DNA of 59,417 nt, filler included, from Basidiobolus ranarum (taxonomy: Eukaryota), in assembly GCA_040143965.1 (NCBI GenBank). It is 8 parts of 8 records of this genome, joined end to end, with 100 filler letters (N's around TTAATTAATTAA, not from the genome) between each part and the next. Parts side by side here need not be neighbours in the genome. Positions count along the whole stretch, not along the records: positions 44,661 to 51,991 come from JASJQH010008013.1; positions 52,092 to 59,417 come from JASJQH010008014.1; 6 more parts are not named here. One strand, 5' to 3'. The notes under the pieces are model-generated. The model ran no database searches. It was not told the origin of the DNA and saw only the letters and a list, made by a program, of their open reading frames with translations. Below are positions 50,080 to 59,417 of this stretch, piece after piece. Every line of letters starts with the position of its first letter. The stretch's first letter is position 1. Position numbers and translations under genes: made by a program.

Positions 50080-51537
50080 GAAGATTTTGTATGATAGAGT
50101 TAGTGAATATGGATATTAAAATAATAAATACTGCATTTATATTCTTCTATATCTTCTATTGCATTTTGAACCATCTTATTAAGAGGCGCTTTTCCATTAT
50201 CAGCGGGTCAAAACAACCTACTAACTATGACAGGTTTGTTCTAGGCGTTGCTGTGCTTATATGACACTGTTGTGTTTGCAATGTTGCGAAATTGACACTT
50301 GGCCCTATCATAATAATTCCCATTCGATCTATCATAGTAGCTTCATTTTTGTCACTGTCCTTTAATCTCATATATACGGGACTGGACCTTATTGTTATTC
50401 CGAGGATAATATCCAAATATTATGACTGATGGCCACTGGTGATGAAGAAATTCAAAAGTGCGCATAACAATTAATCCGTACTTGATCTATTATTTACGGT
50501 ATGTTCTTCACCACATTAATAGTTTCACTTCAAAAGCGATGAATTGGATTCTATGCATCAGTAAGATAACCATAACTTAGAATACTAGGAGCTAAACATT
50601 GATACCAGTAATTGTAGCATAAATAATATTCTAATTTACTGTGCATCACCAGTAGTAGCCCAACTGATCAGATACTACTTCACTAAGTATAAAAGATCAC
50701 TTCTCAATGTACTGCTCTGAGCAACAATAAGTTTCATCAGCCATCCATATGTTACTTATAATCCATCAAGTCCGATTTTTTCATTTCCACGTCCTCTGTG
50801 GCTATGATTACTTCTGGATTAAGAGAGTGGTGCTTTGCTAAGTAGTCTTCTTAACTTTACGTAACTTTTGTTAGTAACATTCGTATATGACGTATGACAC
50901 TCTACCTAGGTACAATGAGTGGTAAATATTCAACACAAGAGCAATATATTGTGATGTTTATCATCTTGATTGATTAGCCAAGTCCGTAATTATAGTTGAA
51001 TATTATTTCGATCAACAGAAAACATCAACTGCGCTTAAAAGTACATGAATACAATAACTGCAAGCTATGATTGAAGTCTCGAAGTAGCAACAGGATCTAC
51101 TTTGTCAAGACTGGAGTTTGTGATAAACAGGTAATACGTAAAGAAAACAAGTAACGTCTCTATACGGGGGAATTGTGCATATATACATTTGTACGTTGAT
51201 ACACACGCTATGATCCAACACAATGTAGATTTCATCTCTTCATTGCAAGCCTTTCTATGAGAAATTTTTCTTGATAACAGGTACACAACTCATTTAGCTA
51301 TATTGGTAAAGAGTTTGTTTCAAATTCTGGAGAAATTTGCAACATTTGGAATAACCTACCCTATTCATTAGGTCTAATTGGTAAGCAAAACCTGGGGCAC
51401 TTGGATAAAGTCTAAAACTCTAGATACTCCCACTCTTCTAATCGAAAGTAGATGAATTATGCTGGATAGTTAGATATCTATATCTTTAAGAAACTATAAA
51501 TACTCCAAAGCTAAGTAATTGTCAGCAACAACCTACA

Positions 51538-51991
51538 ATGATCTTCAACTTCTTCCATTCTTCCATTTACTTACTTGGCTTGGTGGCGTTGACTGTCGCT
51601 CATATGGAAGTGATTCAGCCTCCGCCGCGCCACTCACGGTACAACCCAACATGGAAAGGTACTCCAGACTATAATATGGTTAATCCATTAGGTGTTTATC
51701 CCTGCAAGGGGTATGAGCAAGGTGGAATTGTCCAAACTGTAGCGGCTGGCGGTTCAATCCAGGTGAAACTTGGTGGAATTGCCACTCATAATGGAGGTCA
51801 TTGCCAGTTCGCCATTTCTTACGACAAAGGCCAGACTTTTGCGGTACTGGAAACTATCTACAGTGATTGTCTAATTGCAAGTAAAGAGTATTCAGTGACT
51901 ATTCCTAGTACTGCTGGCTCCAGTAGAAATGTCATTTTTGCCTGGGGATGGATCAAAAAAATTGGCAACCGAGAATACTACATGAACTGTG
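51538..51991 (+). CDS. lytic polysaccharide monooxygenase, AA11-like, secreted, 3'-truncated
   Basis: Signal peptide then N-terminal His (HMEVIQPPPR), YPCKG, ATHNGGHCQFAISYD, FAWGW..IGNREYYMNC. Confidence 0.85.
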
Positions 51992-53069
51992 NNNNNNNNN
52001 NNNNNNNNNNNNNNNNNNNNNNNNNNNNNNNNNNNTTAATTAATTAANNNNNNNNNNNNNNNNNNNNNNNNNNNNNNNNNNNNNNNNNNNNTTAAGTCTA
52101 GAGCTCTCAATGGATATCTTTGAGTATGGATGTATTGAGAATTAATCAAGATTTTGACTACTTTGCCTAACTTTGATTGAGGCCCACAAAATGATTTTCC
52201 TCACCGTTTTTCAGTTGAATATCTATGTTTTTATTTAGTATCATTGCACGATAGACCAGTTACCATTATACTATTTCGTCGTTTCACGCCATTATGTGGC
52301 AACTCAATTTGATTTATATTTATGAACTATGTAGGAGTTTGGCTTATGATTGCTGCATTGAAGATCCAAATGATTTTACATAAAGTATTGAATATCCTTA
52401 ATTGAAGAGCCTAGATTTCTGATGTGGATTTGGTTTAAGATGGCTGGAGGTATCGGGATAGTTTTTTAATTTGCGCAGGAGAGTATTACAGAGGCTTGGA
52501 TTTCACCAATGCCTGAACACAAGCACTGATTGACATCCATAGTTGCTGAATATGTCTTTGGCCATCTCACTTTGCTGGAGCTAGTGTTGGGAATCATTGG
52601 CCAAGAGGCTTCTTCAGTAATTTCTTGGATTTTGCATGATATTGACGTTGCCTAATATTATCAGAGAACACACTGCTATCCTCCACAATGTATAATCATG
52701 CAGCACGAACGGTTCCAAGATCTCTAGTAAGACATACTCAATGAAGGGAATTAGTGGATTGCAGTCAAATCTGAATTTCTCGCAATTCCTTATAACCTGC
52801 CAGAGCATAATACGAAATCTACCTCAGCTCACCTGATTGGCCAAGCGTCAGCCTTTTCATGTACTACCATATTCCTTAATTTAATCCATTCCATTTGTTA
52901 GCCTTTCATTACGCTCTTCATCCTAATTTCACTTTCACTCACACCAAGCAATATAAGCTCACATCTACCCCTTTGTTTATGTTAACCCCGCTTGTTTTCA
53001 ATATTCTCATAGCATACGTCAATTGAAGAAACCTTTCTTGCGTTCTCCTTTGTCAAATATAAATATTTC

Positions 53070-55172
53070 ATGGGATTTTTTACCTCTTTCCGTCAAGCTC
53101 CTGTCAATAATACTTTGGATGATGCCAGAATAGATCAGTTAAAAACGATGTTTCCTGATGGAGGTAGTTATTTTGTTTAATCAGAGTTCCAAATGCTAGT
53201 TGATATTCACCCCTTGCACATTTTATTCCTAGACGTTGAGTATTTTCGACATTGTCTGAAGTTTTACAAAGATCAACATGTCGAACGCATTACGGAAAAA
53301 ATATTAACTAGTCAGTATGGTTACTACCCAAGAAGCGTACCGACGGAAAACCCAACCATCAACGAGGAGCAGAATTATTTTCTCGACAAACTAAACGAGA
53401 TCTTCCCTGATTGCGAGGTTCGTTGCATTCGGGAAAAGATCAAAAAACTTACCCATAGTCATATTGATCTTGCTATCGATTATTTGCTTAATTTGGACCA
53501 AAATACCCGTAACGGATATCCTCAACGACTCAAGACTGGAGTAATCGATCGCTCCGATTATGTTCGCTCTCCAGCATATATTAAAGGAGCCAAACACCGA
53601 CTTTATAATGAATTTCCATTCGCATTTAAATCCTCTATCAAAGCAGTCATGGCCGAACTAAATAACGATTATGTCCAAAGCTACGATTGCCTTCAACAGA
53701 TGAGTTCATTAACGTGGTGGGCTTCGTGGCTTAGCTTTATGCAGCGTAGGCCATACAACTCACCTGAAATGTATGATCCTGAATTAATGAGAGATGTGGA
53801 TGTCATAACAAGTAGAGAGCGAACAAAGCAGACCAAAAACGACGAAGATGTGGCCAAAAGTTTAAACTTTTCGGAATATCAAAAACATAATGAACTCTTC
53901 GAATGTGGTTGTTGCTTTAGTTCTTTCGTGTTTGAAGATATGTCCACTTGTCGGGAAGGACACATCTTTTGTTGTGACTGTTTAAAGGCTTATATCAAAG
54001 AAGGCCTATTTGGACAAGGTAATTTACGTGGGAAATCCATCCCATGTATGGATTCGAGTGAATGTGCGTCCTTTTTCGCACTCGAGGAACTTGAACGTGT
54101 CCTGTCACCCGATATATATCATGCGTATATGGACTCCTTGATTGAGGAAGAGTTCAAGCAACTTGATATAGATCTTGTGCAATGTCCTTTCTGTTCATAT
54201 TGTGAGTTTGATGATGATCCACTTGACCTCCGAAGACTGCGTCTTTATAGGCTTTTTATTTGTTTGGGAATCATGGTATACACCTCAACATGGCTTGCCA
54301 CCCACGTTATGGACATACTAGAAGCAACGTTTTGCTCTTGGAGCGGTACTTTTGTCTTTGGATGTGTTGCTGGCTTCACTGGTATTCAAATACGACGAGT
54401 TGTATCTATTGTTCAACGTCAACTAATTCGTAGACGGAAGCGGTCCAACATTCTATACTGCCAGAATCCACGTTGTGGCAAATGCTCTTGCCTGTCGTGC
54501 GGCCATGAGCACAAACCATTACACCGTTGTCATGAAAAAGAGCAAGATAAATTGCGTCTGTACGTGGAGCAAGCAATGGCAGATGCTGTTAAGCGCACAG
54601 TAAGTTTATTTTGAAACCCCTGTGTTAATGCTACGTTTACTAATGGTCTTTCGTAGTGTCCCAAATGTCAGCTATCTTTCACAAAATCCGATGGATGTAA
54701 CAAGATGACTTGTCGCTGTGGTATAGTAAATCATTCTCACCATTTCCTTCGTCCATCCTCCATTAAATCAGCCTCTCTTTTACAGGATATCAAATGTGCT
54801 ATATTTGTCGTAAAGATATTCGCCAGGAGTCGTACTCGCACTTTTGTGACCATTTTCGCGATATACCTGGACAAGGTTGCATTCAATGTAACAAATGTGA
54901 TCTTTATAAGGTTCAATCAGAAGACAATGCGGTCAAAGAAGCAGCTATCAGGGCTCATGCGGAATTTCTAGCTGCCAATCCAGATGTCACACACCGCGAA
55001 CGGGTTGGTTTGGACAAAATCGGGCCTAGTTCACAAACATTCTCTGAAGGTAAAGCCATACCACATGTTTGTTAACATTCAGTACACTAACAGCATCTTT
55101 ACAACAGTATTTTCGATTGACTACATTATCGAGAAAATCAGCGATCGTCTGATTGACCACTTTTTTGATTGA
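53070..55172 (+). CDS. RBR-type E3 ubiquitin ligase, RNF216/TRIAD3-like, multi-exon (first intron 53164-53232)
   Basis: CUE-like MFPD/IFPD motifs; RING1 CGCC..CREGHIFCCDC..C..C; IBR CPFC...CQNPRC..CLSC..H..C; RING2 CPKC..KSDGCNKMTCRCG..MCYICR. Confidence 0.9.
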
Positions 55173-56506
55173 CATTCAACTAAATTATTAATCTCGCCTC
55201 AACACTTGGTTTTATATTATGATTTACTTTATTCATTTGAAGCAGTTTAAAATCCAACCCATTACCTCAACGTCGAAGATCTGCCCATATCATTGGAATC
55301 ATTTAAAATATCTTATCAGCGATGAGACGTTGTAAATTCTGTACCATTAATCGTAAGACGCGATATCGATTCAACCCTGGGCTTTGTAGTTGGTCATAAC
55401 ATTGAACATGAAAAATAAAGCAACAATTAACTGAAATGGGGTGTAACACGGGTTTTTACCGGTGAGCTCTGTCTCAAACAAGCGATGAACGAACCAAGTA
55501 TTTGTTATTTCGGATATTCAAATGCCAATCGCGCCATTTTCCCAGTGGTGAAAGATTGCCCACTAATACTAAACTAATTGAGTGCAGTCAAGACAGTACT
55601 TATGAATACTAACCGCTTTTGCTTGCAGTTGAGAGTCCAAATGGGCTATCAGTATTCCCACGAGCTCTACAAGTACCACTTCTGTATCACAGGTGCGGAA
55701 TGCTAGAATACGGTACTTGCCTTGAGACCATTCTTTCAGCAATATGATAATTTAGACAAGTTCTCCTGACTAAGGCAGTTCTGCGTCATTTTAACGTAGC
55801 TGATGTAATGTGACTGGTGGGGTTCGAATCGATCTTTATCATATGATGCTTTCTATTCCACACTTCCACTTCCTACATTGCTAGATATCTTAAGTGATGA
55901 ATCATCCTACGAATAGCACTTTTCTGCATCTATGGCGATCTATCACTCTCAACATACCATCTCATTTTACTCTGGACGCGACGCAGAAACATCGAACACC
56001 CTCTTTGTTCTTTCTCTAATGATTTCCATTTAGAGCCATTATCACGTTCACTTGGTGTTACTGCGCAATTACAACATGACTGAGCTTACTAAATGCTCGT
56101 TCCAATTCGAATATTCTGGCGATGCAAGAAGTCAACAAGAAATCAATCCACCACAAGACTCGATGAATGCGCTTATATTCTAGATGGAACTTATCACTCC
56201 GCCATCAATGCTATACTGAGAGCTTCTAATCTTTTTGACCAATCACCAATCGATCCTTCAGCTCCCCATTACACCATGTCTGGTGTCAAATGAGGAGTTT
56301 TTCATCAGCTGATGTATCCACCGACTCTGTATCGTAATTGCTACTTGTCTAATAGATTACTTCATTTTTGAAAGAGTTAACCTGAACTACGTTAACAGTT
56401 CATAGATTGTTCTACCGCTGAAAGATATCCCAGGATGCTAGTGACTCTGACGAATAAAATCTTCATTAAAATACTCCTTTGACATTGTCAGTATTTATTG
56501 TGATAT

Positions 56507-57241
56507 TCAGTTGTACATCAAATCAGATCTGAGAACATATTTCACACCGCTGAGAACCTCTTTGCCCTCATGAAGTAGGCACTTGGCACCATGTCGGTGA
56601 AGTAAAGCACTACCACGTATTGGCTTATATGAAAGTGGTGGATCCTTGGGCTTCATCGAATAAAATACCGTTTCTCCACCACGCAGTGGAAAATCTGTAT
56701 CATCGACTCCATTCAAGTATATTAACAGAGTGAATTCACTAGTACGTCCTTGAGAGTCCTTAACACTATCATCATAATGTTGATCAAACTTTTGGCCTGG
56801 ATTGTACTTGTATAGTCGTATATTATCGTTTAGACCGACCGCTTTTTTCGTGCCAGCACTCCAGTTTTCACATAGCTCTTTTATTCCATTTTCCCATATA
56901 CATTGAGCAAAAGAAGCGTCTTTTATGGAGAAACGGTCGTTATCCCGAAATGCCTCCCCTTTCTTGGGGATTAGTCCTTTCACTGCAGGTTGAAAGTGTA
57001 ATGTTTCTTCACTAAACTGAATCAACTGTTTACATTCTTTTGCCGTGAAGAAATCTTCGATAATATAAATTTGTGACTTTAATAACTCTTCTAGTTGCAA
57101 GTTTGTTTTGGTGGAAAGTCTTGGCCAAATTAGGGGAGTATCTTCCGTAATTTCATTGACTTTTTTCTTACGTTGTGAAGTATTCGTTTGGTTCTTAACT
57201 TGTCTCTTATTTGTGAGAGGTTTGTTCTTGGGTGGTGCCAT
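56507..57241 (-). CDS. 2OG-Fe(II) oxygenase, prolyl 4-hydroxylase-like
   Basis: IEDFFTAKEC, RLYKYNPGQKFDQHYDD, TLLIYLN, GGETVF, LLHEG..V..GVKYVLRSD. Confidence 0.9.
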   Translation of the reverse strand: MAPPKNKPLTNKRQVKNQTNTSQRKKKVNEITEDTPLIWPRLSTKTNLQLEELLKSQIYIIEDFFTAKECKQLIQFSEETLHFQPAVKGLIPKKGEAFRDNDRFSIKDASFAQCIWENGIKELCENWSAGTKKAVGLNDNIRLYKYNPGQKFDQHYDDSVKDSQGRTSEFTLLIYLNGVDDTDFPLRGGETVFYSMKPKDPPLSYKPIRGSALLHRHGAKCLLHEGKEVLSGVKYVLRSDLMYN

Positions 57242-58327
57242 TTAAGGGGACTTCTCTTTAAGGAACAAAGGAAGAATCGTCAACCCAGTGGTATTTTCGC
57301 TAAGAAATTTTCATTCATTTGTTCTTCATTAAAATATTGGTAATTTCATCATTCACTAGAAGGATAACTTTTGTCTATTGTTCTATTCCTATAAATAGCA
57401 TCATAATTTTGGGTCAGATTCGATAATTATGGATATTTATTGGATTTAATGTAAAAGGAATATCATTGAATATTAGCTTGTAAATTAACCGAAAGTCACT
57501 ATTAAGGATAGACACTATATCAAACTAATTTGTCCATAGTTACCAAATCAGTCACGACCCCCTCATAAACTATTATAACAATGGTTGGGTAAGATCTATT
57601 GAATTTTCTGATATTATATATATATATATTATGTAATTTAGTCAAATACAACCACTGAAAATCAATTCCTATGGAATAATGTGCTGCGTGTGTGTACTTT
57701 GGTTAGAATTGCATTAAATTGGGTTTACTGGAACTAGAGATCCTTTAAATGACATGAATTCCATCAAAGGATTTATTTGAATCCAAGACGAGAGTAGGTG
57801 GTATATTATCATTTAAGGCGTTGCTGGGATACCATGAAACTGAACTTAAAAAGTCGATTCAGCGTTGACTAAGGAGAAGTTGAACTTTCGTAGAAGACAC
57901 TTGCATACAAAAAGTGATGAAAAATCTCTGTGACTATACAAAAGACCAGTCCCAAACGCTTTGGAATTCAATTACAGATAGTGTCTACTTAAACCAGTTT
58001 CTATCAATACCACATTGCTCAATAATGACGTAGGATCTTAGTTTCATATCTAACAGCGGTAAGGCTAGTGACTTGCGTAGCTTCTTTCAGACGCAGTTGA
58101 GCACAGTTCACAATTGTAAACATAGAATTTCATTTCATAATATTGGTATCATTGTTGGAGTTAAAGTTGCTCACTATATTTGTCAGCTTTACGTATCGAA
58201 CATGTTTGTACATGAGGTGAAGATAGGTTACATGCTACTGAAATAGTAGATAGGAAGGCATATATGTACAATGACTTAGTAGCCACAGATAACAGGTAGG
58301 AGAGATAAAGTGGAGTAGGCTAGAGAA

Positions 58328-58738
58328 TTAGCGACTACAATCGATTAGTTGAGGTTTGTGGTAAGTAAAGGATTTGGAAAGTGAGATAAGATACAATGGG
58401 CTGGTTGACATAAGAAGTAAGTCAAGGGCAGCAAATGGTTTTTTTACAAGTCTTGATATGACTGAATCGAAATGTAACCGGATATTCTTCGTACATCCTT
58501 CAGGGACCGCCGCTTCTGCGATGTAATAACCTCTACGATCGACATGAATAGTAACGGATATGCCCTCTAATAGGGTAAAGCTGAAAACACCCCAGGGACG
58601 GGTCGGATCCATTAGGTCTGGATTATTTATTGATATCACTACTAGAGACTCCTCGTTAATGCCGGAGCGAATTTCTCTGAGAGCTTGGATAAGGTCTTGT
58701 TCTTGTATTGGTTTGTTGTTGGACAGCATAATACTCAT
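58328..58738 (-). CDS. GSKIP (DUF727)-domain-like protein
   Basis: TLLEG..VTI..RGYYI...F..LDLLLMSTSPLY pattern resembles the GSKIP domain. Confidence 0.55.
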   Translation of the reverse strand: MSIMLSNNKPIQEQDLIQALREIRSGINEESLVVISINNPDLMDPTRPWGVFSFTLLEGISVTIHVDRRGYYIAEAAVPEGCTKNIRLHFDSVISRLVKKPFAALDLLLMSTSPLYLISLSKSFTYHKPQLIDCSR

Positions 58739-59417
58739 ATTGCTAGAAAATGGGTGGGATGAGCGTTCGTTGATTGGAGGGAGAAGATAGTTAAGGAGAC
58801 CATGGAGGAACTCGAGGGGTTATATACTCGATAGAACATGAAGATCTTGGTTTTGACTATGACTAAACATGGCAATGATCCAAGGAATTAGGGTTGGTTC
58901 GAGGATCTCAGACATATATTTCGGGGATCCTGGCTAAGCCCAGCTCGATTCTGTGCTGTGGTATCTTCATGATCTCGAGCAGGACCTCAGAAAGCCCTAT
59001 GATTGGCCACTAGATCCTACTAAAGATGGTCCACGGGTTGATCACGGGAGTGTTTCCCATCGATTGGATAAATCAGTCTAGACTGTGTATGAGACTGAAT
59101 TAGAAATTTACGTCGCACTACTAAAGCTTTGTTGAGCAGCAACCCCGACATTCCTTGAAGAATTGGTGTTCGGTAACGGTGTTGCTTTATTGCGCTGGAA
59201 AGGATTCCAGTTTGGATTCCAGTTGGGAGGTCGTTGTGGTGCCTGCTTTAGTTCGTTTCTTTTTACTCGCCGTCTCATACTCTCCTAACCCTCAAAGGCC
59301 CCTTCTATAGGAACCAATTGGCCATGTCTAAGACATGCTGAAGATGTGCCAAAGAAACTGCGGGTGGTAGTCTTCTGCATCGTATTTCAGCTATATTTAC
59401 GAACTGTCACATGCTCT

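Overview
Eukaryotic DNA, most likely from an early-diverging fungus (inferred from short GT-AG introns and fungal-type VRG4, MPO1 and AA11 genes). The window is not one locus. It is eight contigs (7361, 7352, 7344, 7340, 7332, 7331, 7331 and 7326 bp, i.e. size-sorted) joined by identical artificial 100-bp spacers (44 N + TTAATTAATTAA + 44 N), so neighbourhood arguments hold only within a contig. It contains housekeeping genes (beta-tubulin, GDP-mannose transporter, arrestin, La protein, MPO1, metallophosphoesterase, RBR E3 ligase, 2OG-Fe(II) oxygenase, GSKIP-like) and decayed LTR retrotransposons. Main highlights: (1) an intron-containing Fanzor (eukaryotic TnpB-like RNA-guided nuclease) pseudogene whose roughly 240-bp 3' end, a candidate omegaRNA/right end, is repeated about 1.9 kb downstream without the nuclease and with a different flank; (2) a tandem trio of secreted, intronless, bacterial-type 3D-domain (MltA-like) proteins, candidate antibacterial muralytic enzymes; (3) tandem STEAP-type metalloreductases; (4) a beta-tubulin with H6Q/E198M/L253T changes at benzimidazole/colchicine-site positions. 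All family assignments are by motif recognition; no database searches were run.
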